From Candidatus Marinacidobacterales bacterium (GTDB taxonomy: Bacteria; Acidobacteriota; Vicinamibacteria; Marinacidobacterales; DATDRI01), in the NCBI GenBank assembly GCA_965219415.1, contig CBDCNP010000002.1, positions 2,816,001-2,880,000 of the forward strand: a stretch of 64,000 nucleotides of DNA, in the 5' to 3' direction. How positions within the stretch are numbered: the stretch's first letter is position 1; each line of letters starts with the position of its first letter. This document shows positions 42,375 to 52,930 of the stretch, in pieces. The position numbers were made by a program, and so were the translations under genes. The notes under the pieces were generated by a model that made no database searches, was not told the origin of the DNA, and worked only from the letters and a program-made list of their open reading frames with translations.

Positions 42375-42638
42375 CTACGAAGACGCTCGGGGGATGATGC
42401 TGATGAAGCGTCCGCGCTGGCCTCGATTTTGGAACCGAACGATGCCGCTGGAACGGGCGAAAAGCGTATCGTCTTTGCCACGCCCCACGTTCTCTCCCGG
42501 CTTGAAGCGAGTGCCCCTCTGTCGGACAAGGATGGTGCCGCCCGTGACCTGTTGGCCACCGAACGCTTTCACGCCGAGACGTTGTGAGTTGCTGTCCCTC
42601 CCGTTCCGGGAGCTACCTTGACCTTTCTTGTGTGCCAT
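42375..42638 (-). CDS. rpmA: 50S ribosomal protein L27
   Basis: [24 protein letters not shown]. Confidence 0.99.
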   Translation of the reverse strand: MAHKKGQGSSRNGRDSNSQRLGVKAFGGQQVTGGTILVRQRGTRFKPGENVGRGKDDTLFARSSGIVRFQNRGQRGRFISIIPRASS

Positions 42639-42692
42639 GAAAAAGAAGTCCTTTTGACTTTGCTGACTCTTGGAGGACCCTTGGGTCCTCGT

Positions 42693-43025
42693 CTACTTCT
42701 TGCCCTCGATCTTCTCGATTTCGACGGCGGTAAACGGTTGCCGGTGTCCGTTCGTCCGGCGGTACTGTTTTCGGCGTTTCTTCTTGAAGACTATGATTTT
42801 TCGATCTCGATCCTGCTCAAGGACCGTTCCCACGACGCTCGTTCCATCGAGGTAAGGCTTGCCGACTTGAATCTTCCCGCCCTGGTTCAGCAACAACACC
42901 CGCTCGAACCGAACCTTGGACCCGACCTCGGCCTCAAGCTTCTCGACTCGAACCCGCTCACCGGGAGAGGCCTGAATCTGTTTTCCACCGCTTTCGAAAA
43001 TCGAGTACAAGAGCTTTCCTCCCAT
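42693..43025 (-). CDS. rplU: 50S ribosomal protein L21
   Basis: GGKQ, KIIVFKKKRRKQYRRTNGHRQPFT. Confidence 0.98.
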   Translation of the reverse strand: MGGKLLYSIFESGGKQIQASPGERVRVEKLEAEVGSKVRFERVLLLNQGGKIQVGKPYLDGTSVVGTVLEQDRDRKIIVFKKKRRKQYRRTNGHRQPFTAVEIEKIEGKK

Positions 43026-43048
43026 CTACTTACCGCAGAGATCCCCCC

Positions 43049-43077
43049 ATTCTATGGAGCGGCTACACCCCTGTCAA
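43049..43077 (-). promoter_or_regulatory. sigma70 promoter of rplU-rpmA-obgE
   Basis: TTGACA (43077-43072), 17 nt, TAGAAT (43054-43049). Confidence 0.8.
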
Positions 43078-43134
43078 CCCGGCCGCGAGGAATTGCGAAA
43101 CTGATAGGGCGCGCAAGGGAATGCGGCCGTGTCT

Positions 43135-43295
43135 ATAGGCGCGAGCGAGGAGCGAGCGCCCGCGAGTGGGGGTGGGGCCCCACCCGCACTAATTGATTTC
43201 CGCGAGACGTGCCGGGGAGCCTTCAGCCGCCGCGCAGCGCGAAGCGCGGAGCGGCATGGCGACGGGGGTGGAGTCCCCGTCGCCTCTGATGAAAG
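43135..43295. repeat. Modular intergenic repeat, copy 6 (reverse orientation)
   Basis: CGAGCGAGGAGCGAG, GGGGGTGGGGCCCC (43168-43181), CACTAAT, GAGCCTTCAGC. Confidence 0.7.
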
Positions 43296-43322
43296 ACCTG
43301 TCGAACCGCTAAAGAGCGTTCC

Positions 43323-46300
43323 TTAGTAATCGAACCCAATCCAGAACTTGAACTGCGTCTCGTTTCGAAGCGAGAGATTATTCGTGACCGTGTTGGCGAA
43401 GTCGGTGACCTTCACCCAGTCGAAATGAAGCGGGAGCCCGAAGGCATTCAAGCCCAAGCTGAAACCCCAGGAAGCCACGCTATCCTTGGTGCCCCATCCG
43501 TCTACGACGCGTCCGTCCACCCGTGAAATCCGGAGGTCGCTCGCAAACACCTGAAACGCTTGATCTTCGAACGCCGCCCCTCCCCAGTTGAGGAACAAAG
43601 TCCCTCGCAGCGGGCCGAAGAACCCAATGGGTGTGATCGCGGCGTCAATGATGGGGAAGCGCAGCTCCGCGTTCGTGAAAAACCCGCGATTGCCGACGAA
43701 TCCTTGGAAGGGGTAGCCCCTCATCGTGTTATCGCCGCCGAACCAGAAGAAGTCGGGATTGTCCCCACGGCTGCTAAAGCCCCGAGCGCGAAGCGCCACC
43801 AGGCTGCTCCCGGTGAGTTGCAGATACTTTCTGAGATCGGCCTGCAAGGTGTATCGAGACAGAAAGGGCCCGCCCGGCGATACGTTGAAGCCCACTAGCA
43901 TCGTGCTACCGGCCAACGGTCCAAAGTTCCGAAACCGGGCCGTCTCGGAAGTGTAGGTGATACCGATGGGCAGGATGTCCCCGGTCGGAAAACGCCGTTC
44001 GATTGAGTCCTGAAAAGCGGCGAATACCCCCGGATCGAACCCGATTCCATCGATGTTGATATCGGGGTCGAGAAACGGATTCTGGAACTGGGTCCGCTGG
44101 TTGATGTAGCCGGTGTAGAACTCGAACCGACGGAAACGATCGAGCGGGTAGATGGCCGCGATGGTCGCACCGGTTTGCTTCAACGTCGCAATCTCACCCG
44201 CACGCGTGAATAGATTACGCGGCTGGCCGATGATGAACGGATTGGTGAAGAAGAAGCTGGTGGTGTCGAAACCGGTGACCGAGTACTGCAGACGGTGTCC
44301 GAGGTTGGTGTAATTTCCGGAGAAATTCCGGAACTCACGAACCGACAAGGCGAAGAAGCTGAAATTCTGATCGCCCAACACGTCGGTGAACTGGATTCCC
44401 GTCCCTCCGAAAAAGCTACCGTCGCTATTGACCCCTACCGCGATCGGCGGTGCGCCGGCGACAAAGAGCTTCTCGAATGTCCCCTTTTTCCGTTTGTTCT
44501 CCGGAATGACTTGATGGAGAACGGGCGGAACGAAGTCGATGACCGGCCCCTCGGTGCGGATGATCTGATCGGCAGTGATCTCCTTGACGGGTTCGTCGAG
44601 GCTCAACCGAAAGAGTCCATAATTACCCTTGTAGTAGCTGGTGAAGAGGAGTTGCTCGGTTCCCTTGTCATCTACAACGACCGCAGGAGCAAAGTTCCCA
44701 CCCAGCGCGTCGGTGTACTGGAGAATGTCCCCCGTTTCCAGGTCCAGTGAACGCAGGTTGTAAATGCTGTCGTCCTCGTTGGAAACGTGGAAAAGGAGAT
44801 TGCCGTCGGTCGAGAAAGCCGGCGCAGAATCGTCATAAGGACCGAAAGTCAGCTGCTCTTTTTCCTCCGGGTTGTCGAGTTTCAGGCGATAGAGCTTGTC
44901 GTAGCCGCTGATGCGACGGGAGTAATAAAGCCACTCATTGTCCGGATCGGCGACCGGGAACTTGTCCCGAAATTCGTCTTGGGTGATGTTCGTGACTTCT
45001 TCGGTATCGAGGTCCATACGAAAGATGTCGCCCACACCGTCTTTCAACGCCGCAAAGTAGACATACTTGCCCTGGGGTCCGAAATTCGGAAAAGCCGCTT
45101 GGTCGTACTCCATCACATAGCGGCGATCGACCTTAGAGGTGAGCACGTTGACGAGAACGAGGGCGCGGCGTTTCTGGTACCGACCGAAGAAAGCCACGTG
45201 CTCGCCGTCGGCTGTCCACGCCAAGGCGGCCCCCAGAAACGAGTCCTGCCCGACCAGCGGGATGTACTCGAACTCCCCGGTATAGCCGGGAGTGAGGTTT
45301 CTCAACACCGAACCGTCTTTGCCGGAGATGAGGACGACGTCGAGCTCGCCGTCACGCCGGTTGAAGCTCAGGACCGCCGCCAGCTCGCGCGAAGGGGACG
45401 GAGCCGCGGTGAGCGCCGCCACCCACTTACCTTGCCGCCGCGGATTGGGAGAATAGTCCCGGCTGTAGTCAGAAGGGATTTCCTTATCCCGAAAGGGCTT
45501 GAAACGCTCCTTGACCCATTTGCGAAATTGCCGATCGAACTCTTCGGCGTCCATTCGGAAGGCCTGCTCATAGACGTCGGAGCTCACCCCTCCAACCACG
45601 GCCCTACGAAGGGAGAACAAGAACTGGCGGACGCCTTCTTTGCCGAACCGCTCCTCCATGAACTCGAAGATGGCATGACCGAAGTTATAGGGTATCCTGG
45701 AGAACCCTTGGTTGAGCTCTTCAAAGGTCGGGATATTGTCGGTAACCGCGGCGTCGCGGACCGTCATCAGATCCAACGAATCCCATTTGCCGGTCATGTA
45801 ATCGGAGAGTCCCTCATCGATCCATAAGGGAACCGAACGGCGCACCAACGAGCGGGGAATGATGTCGAACTCGAATATATGGGTCAGCTCGTGAATGATG
45901 AGCTCTTGGAGTTTGTCCGGCGGCTCATCGATGGGCAGCACCATCCGATCCCGCACCGGTTCGGCGAACGCAAGGACGCCTTCCGGAATTTCGCTCGGGA
46001 AGAGGTTGGTCTGCGCGAACTCGGAAAAGGTCTTGTACAGAATCAAGGGAATGGGAAATGAGATCTCGTGCTTGAGCTCGTTCGACACCCTCTCGTAAGC
46101 GCTCTCTGCATAGCTCACCACCCGGCCCAGATGTTGTTCGAACTCGGGGTAGTAATACACCTCAAAGTGAGGTGAACGGTACACGTGCCAGGCGTGGTGG
46201 TCGTACTGGACCTTGTTCTTGCCGTAGTAGGGCCGGAATTGCGCCTGCTGAGCTCCCATGGAGCCGGCGACTAGCATGAAGACTAATGCTGCCCCACCGA

Positions 46301-46331
46301 TCCGAAGGATATTCCCCGTTACGTCGCTCAT
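43323..46331 (-). CDS. Omp85/BamA-superfamily outer membrane protein with N-terminal gluzincin-like peptidase and TolB-like beta-propeller
   Basis: Signal peptide, HELTH...PLWIDEGLSDY, PD40-like repeats, barrel with GG..TMRGY and ELRFP, aromatic C-terminus FWIGFDY. Start 46331 (ORF track 46379). Confidence 0.8.
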   Translation of the reverse strand: MSDVTGNILRIGGAALVFMLVAGSMGAQQAQFRPYYGKNKVQYDHHAWHVYRSPHFEVYYYPEFEQHLGRVVSYAESAYERVSNELKHEISFPIPLILYKTFSEFAQTNLFPSEIPEGVLAFAEPVRDRMVLPIDEPPDKLQELIIHELTHIFEFDIIPRSLVRRSVPLWIDEGLSDYMTGKWDSLDLMTVRDAAVTDNIPTFEELNQGFSRIPYNFGHAIFEFMEERFGKEGVRQFLFSLRRAVVGGVSSDVYEQAFRMDAEEFDRQFRKWVKERFKPFRDKEIPSDYSRDYSPNPRRQGKWVAALTAAPSPSRELAAVLSFNRRDGELDVVLISGKDGSVLRNLTPGYTGEFEYIPLVGQDSFLGAALAWTADGEHVAFFGRYQKRRALVLVNVLTSKVDRRYVMEYDQAAFPNFGPQGKYVYFAALKDGVGDIFRMDLDTEEVTNITQDEFRDKFPVADPDNEWLYYSRRISGYDKLYRLKLDNPEEKEQLTFGPYDDSAPAFSTDGNLLFHVSNEDDSIYNLRSLDLETGDILQYTDALGGNFAPAVVVDDKGTEQLLFTSYYKGNYGLFRLSLDEPVKEITADQIIRTEGPVIDFVPPVLHQVIPENKRKKGTFEKLFVAGAPPIAVGVNSDGSFFGGTGIQFTDVLGDQNFSFFALSVREFRNFSGNYTNLGHRLQYSVTGFDTTSFFFTNPFIIGQPRNLFTRAGEIATLKQTGATIAAIYPLDRFRRFEFYTGYINQRTQFQNPFLDPDINIDGIGFDPGVFAAFQDSIERRFPTGDILPIGITYTSETARFRNFGPLAGSTMLVGFNVSPGGPFLSRYTLQADLRKYLQLTGSSLVALRARGFSSRGDNPDFFWFGGDNTMRGYPFQGFVGNRGFFTNAELRFPIIDAAITPIGFFGPLRGTLFLNWGGAAFEDQAFQVFASDLRISRVDGRVVDGWGTKDSVASWGFSLGLNAFGLPLHFDWVKVTDFANTVTNNLSLRNETQFKFWIGFDY

Positions 46332-46438
46332 TGCCTTACCTCGCTGCTGAATCCACCTGTTGATTCCAAGACCGAGCAAAGCAAGGAACGGCTCCGCCAG
46401 CTTGGATTGCTAACGTTGTTGAATCAGATCGCTATCGG

Positions 46439-47296
46439 TCATTTCAAGAGAATTCGGGTTCCTCGAAATGTTTGGGGGCTCAGGATACTCAGGAAATTGG
46501 GCAGCAAACGATCCATTAGCTCGAAATACGAAGACAGAGCCGATGTTTTTTCGTCCTGACCATAGATCACTTCTTCGGTAAACCGCTCGCGGTGAATCGA
46601 TTTGCCGGTACGCCCATCGATGAAATAAAACTCGGCGGCCAAGACGAAGCCGGTCCTCTCCTGAAACTGCGTACTGCGGACCAAACGTGGGCGGCCGTAG
46701 GCATCCCGCACGTAGCGGTCACCTCGGGCAAAACCGGACCGGGCCTCGGAGCTAAAGGTTAATCGGCCGCTGACGATGAGGGGATCTTGATACTCCTCGC
46801 CGATCTTCTTCCAATAGTCTTGATCGGCGAGCAGCTTGTCCTGCTCCATATCGATCCACTCCTGTCTCGAGATCTCTTCCTCGCCGTCGGCTCTCGCCTC
46901 TTCCTCCAGTTGACGGAACTGATCGAGCCTCCCGGTTTCCTTCAGAGTCTGCTCGGAGAAATCCCCGAGCGGCGCCAATTCCCCTTCCACGACCCGCAGT
47001 TGAGAACGCGTCCTAAGCTGGTTACGCAAAAGGCGGACCGTTTCTGCATCGAGATCCAGCGCCTCCGTCGTCTGCGTGACGAAACTCGCCACCAGGACGC
47101 GGGTGAAGTCGGAGACATCTAGCTTGGCGGATACTGGGACCTCAATCGGGACTTCGTAGTAATTGGTGCAGGAGCCCAAGGAGGTGGCGAGTAGGGCTCT
47201 GGTGAGAGCTAGCGCCCCAGTTCCCACTTTGGCGACAAACTTATGGAGACTAAGGGCTGCGACGACTGCGTCCAGTTTTTCTTTTCCTTTTTTCAT
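46439..47296 (-). CDS. Hypothetical lipoprotein
   Basis: Lipobox-like LGSC after a hydrophobic stretch; overlaps the end of the upstream TPR gene; start uncertain. Confidence 0.65.
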   Translation of the reverse strand: MKKGKEKLDAVVAALSLHKFVAKVGTGALALTRALLATSLGSCTNYYEVPIEVPVSAKLDVSDFTRVLVASFVTQTTEALDLDAETVRLLRNQLRTRSQLRVVEGELAPLGDFSEQTLKETGRLDQFRQLEEEARADGEEEISRQEWIDMEQDKLLADQDYWKKIGEEYQDPLIVSGRLTFSSEARSGFARGDRYVRDAYGRPRLVRSTQFQERTGFVLAAEFYFIDGRTGKSIHRERFTEEVIYGQDEKTSALSSYFELMDRLLPNFLSILSPQTFRGTRILLK

Positions 47297-47648
47297 AGGC
47301 TTCCCTGAAAAGCTCATAGTTCTGTCGGATGTACAGGTTGTTCGAATCCAGCTCGAGCGCCCGTTTGTATTGTTCGTCCGCAAGATCGAACTGGCCCGCT
47401 TGCTCGTAGGCAACCCCGAGGTTGTTGCGAGCACTTGCGTTTGACGGATCGATCTCTACGGCCTTTTGCCATCGGTAGACCGCCTCACGCCAGAGGCCGA
47501 CTCGGGCAACTTCAATTCCGAATTCGACTTCCTTCTTGGCAACCTCTTCGGGTTTCTTATCGGCGAACGCCGGGCGGGCGAGGGCTAAGAGCGCGAGTGT
47601 AAGAACAGTGGCGGTCCGTGATCTCAACCGGTGCTTGAGCTTTCGCAT
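47250..47648 (-). CDS. Small secreted TPR protein
   Basis: Signal peptide (AFA), W..A...WQKAVEIDP....ARNNLGVAYE..G....A...Y..ALELD. Confidence 0.85.
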   Translation of the reverse strand: MRKLKHRLRSRTATVLTLALLALARPAFADKKPEEVAKKEVEFGIEVARVGLWREAVYRWQKAVEIDPSNASARNNLGVAYEQAGQFDLADEQYKRALELDSNNLYIRQNYELFREAYEKRKRKTGRSRRSP

Positions 47649-47880
47649 ATGCGGTTCCTAGCTCGGGGCGGTCAATGAAAAAAGCCGCCTTCACAAGGGG
47701 TAGACCGGCCACCGTATGCTATCCCACGCCCCGAGGTCCTGCAAGCTCGGGCCCAGCGGGGGGTGAATCCGCCCTTTTTTCGTCCCTTACCTCGTGACCA
47801 AGTTTTCGAGCCCCAGCATAGACAGGCGCCGAAGGGGTTGCTGTAACCGTAATTACTGGAACTAAAAGGCCAAAAAAGGG

Positions 47881-48976
47881 ATGACTCGACCCATTGCCTT
47901 GCCCGGAGACCCGGCGGGCCTGGTTTCCGCCCTCGCCCTGGCGCTTCTCCCCGGCTTGCCGTTGCGGAAAAAGGTCGAGTTGGTCCTCCGATTCGAAAGC
48001 TACCAATCGGCTCTCACCTGCTTGGCCTCGCCCGTTCCTCGAACCCTTATGTCACGGGCCGAGGTCGAGTACCGGAACGCGACCCGACAAGGCTTCCGGC
48101 TTCTAGACTTGATGGCCCCCGATTACCCACGCTCTCTCAAAACGACGGTGGACCCTCCTCTGGTCCTTTACTTGTGGGGCAGCTTGCACGAGGACGACGA
48201 AAACGCCATCGCCGTGGTCGGCTCGCGCCAGGCAAGTGCCTACGGCCTGGCCGTCTGTCACAAGCTGGCTGCGGGATTGGCTCGACGAGGGGTCCCGATC
48301 GTCAGCGGCATGGCACGCGGCATCGACGCGGTGGCTCACCGCGCGGCACTCGAAGTGGGGGGTCGGACCATGGCGGTCTCGGGCTCCGGCCTCAATCGTA
48401 TCTATCCACCCGAGCACCGTCGGCTCGCAGAGAAAATATCGGAAAAAGGCGCGGTGATCTCAGAATTGCCACTAACGAGCCCGCCGCTGGCAGGCCATTT
48501 TCCGATGCGCAATCGGATTATCGCCGGCATGACCTTGGGCGCCGTCGTCATCGAGGCCGCGGAGCGAAGCGGTTCGCTCATCACAGCCCGCCACGCGCTC
48601 GAGCAAAACCGAGAGGTCTTCGCGGTACCCGGTCCTATCGACTCCAAGACCACCATCGGCGTCCATCGACTCATCCAGGATGGCGCTAAACTCGTCACCT
48701 GTGTCACCGACGTGATCGACGAACTGAGACCAGAGATCCAAGAGCGACTCGCCGAAGCGGAGTCGGCGGGTGGTCGATCGACGGTCTCCCCGATGGAACT
48801 TGTAGAAGACGAGCGGATCGTGTTCAATAGATTACGACACTCTGGCACAGCAGATACGGACCGTTTAGTCGAGCTCGTCGGCGAGAATCATGGCGGCGCT
48901 CGCCGGCCTTCGGATCAAGGGCTTGGTGAGCGAGTTGCCTGGAGGTTCATACTGGGTTAAGGATGATGGCGAGTGA
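47881..48976 (+). CDS. dprA: DNA-processing protein DprA/Smf, frameshift in the C-terminal winged helix near 48885
   Basis: AVVGSR..S.YG, VSGMARGID..AH, FPMRNRIIAG, SGSLITA..A..Q.REVFAVPG. The natural end (IMAALAGLRIKGLVSELPGG) lies in another frame, with its stop at 48976. Confidence 0.9.
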
Positions 48977-49086
48977 AGTTTGAGAAGGACGCGGTGACGC
49001 GTCGAATCCTGGCCCATGTCGGCGAAAAAACTGCCGGTACGAACCCCCACTGAGACAAAACTTGCACGAGGCGCTAAACTAGTACC

Positions 49087-51543
49087 ATGGCAAAGTCGCT
49101 GGTTATCGTAGAGTCGCCTGCGAAGGCGAAAACCATCAACAAATTCCTGGGGCGGGACTACGTGGTCAAGGCTTCTATGGGACACGTCCGGGACTTGCCG
49201 AAGAGCAAACTCGGTGTGGATGTCGACAAGGGGTTCGACCCCAAGTACGTCGTGATTCCCAAGCGCAAGAAACTACTCACCGAGCTCAAACAGGCGGCCA
49301 AGAAGGTCAAGGATGTCTACTTGGCACCCGACCCCGATCGTGAAGGCGAAGCCATCTGTTTCCATCTCGCCGAGGAACTGAAGGGACCGAAGAACAAGAT
49401 CCATCGTGTGATGTTCAACGAGATCACCAAAAAGGCGATTCAAGAGGCCTTCAAGAACCCGGGAGAGATCGACAAGAACAAAGTGGACGCGCAGCAGGCG
49501 AGGAGAGTCCTAGATCGCCTGGTGGGTTATCAGCTCTCACCCCTTCTTTGGGAAAAGGTACGCCGGGGGTTGTCGGCGGGACGGGTTCAATCGGTCGCTC
49601 TGAGGCTGGTGTGTGACCGCGAACGAGAAATTCAGGCCTTCAAGTCGGAAGAGTACTGGTCGATCCATGTGGAGCTTCTTGGAAAAGAGCCTCCCTCGTT
49701 CATGGCCAAGCTCGTCAAGATCGACGGCAAGGCCTTCGACATCGACAACGAGGAACGGGCTCTCGAGGTTAAGTCCGAGCTCGAAAAGCTCGAGTTTCAG
49801 ATCGCCAAGATTACCGCCAAAGAACGGAAACAAAACCCGGTTCCCCCCTTCATCACCAGTAAGCTCCAGCAGGAGGCGGCGCGCAAGCTGAGCTTTACCG
49901 CCAAGCGGACCATGATGGTCGCGCAGAGGCTTTACGAAGGCATCGAGCTCGGCAAGGAAGGTCCGATCGGTCTTATCACCTACATGAGGACCGATTCGAC
50001 GCGAGTGGCCAACGAAGCATTGGATGAGGTTCGCGGGTATATCGGCGAGCGCTTCGGGAAGGAGATGGTTCCCGACAAGCCGAACATGTATCGAAGCAAG
50101 AAAGGGGCGCAAGACGCCCACGAAGCCATCCGGCCCACCTCCTCCGTGCGCGAGCCGGACAGTGTCTCGGAATATCTCGACAAGGACGAGTACAAGCTCT
50201 ACAAACTCATCTGGATTCGGTTCGTGGCGTCCCAGATGCCGCCCGCCGTCTTCGACGAGACGGTGGTGGACATCAAGGCGGGCCGCTACGATCTGAGGGC
50301 GCGTGGTTCAGTGATGAAGTTCCCGGGCTTCCTTGGTCTCTACGAGGAAGGCAAGGACGAAGAAGCCACCAAGAAAGATTCCGAGGCGGATGACGCCGAT
50401 GCCAAGGCCCCTCCTACTGAGACCTCGGGCAAGCTCCCGAAACTCGAGACGGATGAACGGCTAAAACTCGAGGCGCTCAAGCCGGAGCAGCATTTCACCC
50501 AGCCGCCGCCGCGCTTCACCGAGGCGTCTCTGGTCAAGGAGCTCGAAGAGAAAGGTATCGGCCGCCCGAGCACCTATGCCTCGATTCTTTCAGTGCTTCA
50601 GTATCGAGAGTACGTCAACAAGGAACAACGCAAGTTCGTGCCCACCGAGCTCGGCTTCCTGGTCACCGATCTGCTGACCAAGAACTTCGCCGACCTCATG
50701 GAGGTGGAGTACACCGCCCGTATGGAGGAACTTCTCGACGAGATCGAGGAGGGCAGGGCGAATTACCTCTCCACGGTCGACGAGTTCTACAAGAAGTTTC
50801 GCAAGGATCTCGACGAAGCCCAGACCAACATGACTAATGTGAAGGCCCAGGAGATCCCGACCGAAGAAACCTGCGATAAGTGCAACTCGAAGATGGTCAT
50901 CAAGTGGGGCCGGTTCGGACACTTTCTCGCCTGCTCGGCCTACCCCGAGTGCCGAAACACCCGCGAGGTGCAAAACTACGGGGTCAACGGTTCCGCCGAT
51001 CCAGACAATTTCGAAGGCGAGACCTGCGAGAAATGCAGCAAGCCGATGGTACTCAAGAAGGGCCGCTACGGTCAGTTCCTAGCGTGCTCGGGGTATCCCG
51101 ATTGCAAGAATACGCGGCGCATCCTTCGAGGCAAGGACGGAAGCGTAGCGTCGAAAGCGGATGTTCCGCTCGACGAGAAGTGCCCTCGCTGCGAGAACCA
51201 CTTGGTTCTCAAACATGGTCGCTTCGGAGAGTTCACCGCCTGCAGCAACTATCCGGACTGCAAGTACATCAAGCAGAAGGAAATCGGCGTCGGTTGCCCG
51301 AAAGAAGGCTGTGGCGGACAGATCGTTGAGAGACGCTCGCGACGCGGGAAACTCTTTTACGGTTGTGGTCAGTATCCCGACTGCGACTTCACCGTCTGGT
51401 ACAAGCCGGTTAACGAGCCCTGCCCGGAGTGTGGCGCTCCCCTGCTGATAGAAAAGACTTCCAAACGCGACGGGGACTATCTGGCCTGTCACAAGGAAGA
51501 CTGCAAGTTCAAACGCACCGCCGCGGAAACCAGCGCCACATAG
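49087..51543 (+). CDS. topA: DNA topoisomerase I
   Basis: IVESPAKAKTI, DPDREGE, SAGRVQS, ITYMRTD, GIGRPSTY, multiple C-terminal zinc ribbons. Confidence 0.99.
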   Translation: MAKSLVIVESPAKAKTINKFLGRDYVVKASMGHVRDLPKSKLGVDVDKGFDPKYVVIPKRKKLLTELKQAAKKVKDVYLAPDPDREGEAICFHLAEELKGPKNKIHRVMFNEITKKAIQEAFKNPGEIDKNKVDAQQARRVLDRLVGYQLSPLLWEKVRRGLSAGRVQSVALRLVCDREREIQAFKSEEYWSIHVELLGKEPPSFMAKLVKIDGKAFDIDNEERALEVKSELEKLEFQIAKITAKERKQNPVPPFITSKLQQEAARKLSFTAKRTMMVAQRLYEGIELGKEGPIGLITYMRTDSTRVANEALDEVRGYIGERFGKEMVPDKPNMYRSKKGAQDAHEAIRPTSSVREPDSVSEYLDKDEYKLYKLIWIRFVASQMPPAVFDETVVDIKAGRYDLRARGSVMKFPGFLGLYEEGKDEEATKKDSEADDADAKAPPTETSGKLPKLETDERLKLEALKPEQHFTQPPPRFTEASLVKELEEKGIGRPSTYASILSVLQYREYVNKEQRKFVPTELGFLVTDLLTKNFADLMEVEYTARMEELLDEIEEGRANYLSTVDEFYKKFRKDLDEAQTNMTNVKAQEIPTEETCDKCNSKMVIKWGRFGHFLACSAYPECRNTREVQNYGVNGSADPDNFEGETCEKCSKPMVLKKGRYGQFLACSGYPDCKNTRRILRGKDGSVASKADVPLDEKCPRCENHLVLKHGRFGEFTACSNYPDCKYIKQKEIGVGCPKEGCGGQIVERRSRRGKLFYGCGQYPDCDFTVWYKPVNEPCPECGAPLLIEKTSKRDGDYLACHKEDCKFKRTAAETSAT

Positions 51544-51556
51544 AAACAAGAGGCCA

Positions 51557-52906
51557 ATGCAGCACGTCACCGTGATCGGAGGCGGGCTAGCGGGAGTCGA
51601 AGTGGCCTGGCAGATCGCCAAAAGGGACGTTCCGGCCGATCTCTTCGAGATGCGGCCCCGACGCGGAACTCCCGTCCATCGCACCGACCAACTCGCGGAG
51701 CTCGTTTGTAGCAATTCCCTGCGCTCCGATCGCCTCGAAACCGCTCACGGCGTTTTGAAGGAGGAGATGAGACGGCTCGACTCCCTGGTGATGCGAGCCG
51801 CGGACCGGGCGCGAGTGCCCGCCGGCTCGGCTCTGGCGGTTGACCGCAACCTCTTCGCCTCCCATCTCACCGAAGCGATCACGCGCTCTCCGAAAATCAC
51901 ACTACGTCGAGAAGAAGTTCCCTCGATTCCCGAAGAAGGGATCGTCGTGGTCGCGAGTGGGCCTCTCACTTCGGAAGCACTGACCGAGTCGATTACTCGA
52001 TTCACCGGCAAGCAGAGTCTTTACTTCTACGATGCGATCAGCCCAGTCGTGGAAGCGGAAAGCATTGACATGACCAAGGCGTTTCGCGCCTCACGCTACG
52101 GAAAGGGTGGGGATGATTACATCAATTGCCCGATGAACGAGGAGGAGTACCGGCGATTCCATGAAACGCTGGTATCGGCGGCCTCGGTCGATCTGCACGA
52201 CATCGACAAGTTCTTCGAAGGATGCCTTCCCATCGAGGTCATGGCACGTCGTGGCTACGACACGCTCCGCTTCGGTCCGATGAAACCGGTCGGTCTCATA
52301 GACCCCCGTACGGAAAGACGGCCTTTTGCGGTGGTGCAGCTTCGCCAGGACGATTTGGCCGCGAGCCTCTACAACATCGTTGGTTTTCAGAATCAGCTGA
52401 AGTGGGGTGAGCAGAAGAGTCTGCTCCGGATGATCCCCGGCCTCGAGAACGCCGAGTTCTCCCGCTTCGGAATGATCCACCGCAACACGTACATCAACTC
52501 CCCCGCGGTGTTGAAATCGACGTTTCAGACGCGCCAACGTACCGACTTGTTCTTTGCCGGGCAGATCTCGGGTGTGGAAGGCTATACCGAATCGGCGGCT
52601 TCTGGGCTTCTCGCGGGGATCAACGCCGCTCGAGTATCCCGTGAGTTAACGCCGTTGACGCCACCACGCACCACGGCTTTGGGAGCGTTGGCGTTCTACA
52701 TCTCTCATTCCAGCGCCGGCAACTACCAGCCCACGAACATTGCGTTTGGACTCTTCCCGCCTCTCGACACGCACGTCCGGAAAAAGAGCGAACGCAAACG
52801 GGCGGTGGCGCAACGCGCCTTGCATGCGATCGATGACTTCGTGTCTTCCGCTCAGCCGGGCGCTCAGCCAGGCGCGCACCCCGGCGCGGTCACGCTAAAT
52901 GCCTGA
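51557..52906 (+). CDS. trmFO: tRNA m5U54 methyltransferase (FAD/folate-dependent)
   Basis: GGGLAG.E, AELVCSNS, FYDAISP, FGPMKPVGL, AGQISGVEGY. Confidence 0.97.
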   Translation: MQHVTVIGGGLAGVEVAWQIAKRDVPADLFEMRPRRGTPVHRTDQLAELVCSNSLRSDRLETAHGVLKEEMRRLDSLVMRAADRARVPAGSALAVDRNLFASHLTEAITRSPKITLRREEVPSIPEEGIVVVASGPLTSEALTESITRFTGKQSLYFYDAISPVVEAESIDMTKAFRASRYGKGGDDYINCPMNEEEYRRFHETLVSAASVDLHDIDKFFEGCLPIEVMARRGYDTLRFGPMKPVGLIDPRTERRPFAVVQLRQDDLAASLYNIVGFQNQLKWGEQKSLLRMIPGLENAEFSRFGMIHRNTYINSPAVLKSTFQTRQRTDLFFAGQISGVEGYTESAASGLLAGINAARVSRELTPLTPPRTTALGALAFYISHSSAGNYQPTNIAFGLFPPLDTHVRKKSERKRAVAQRALHAIDDFVSSAQPGAQPGAHPGAVTLNA

Positions 52907-52930
52907 CCCGAGGCCTCTGATATCTGACCG

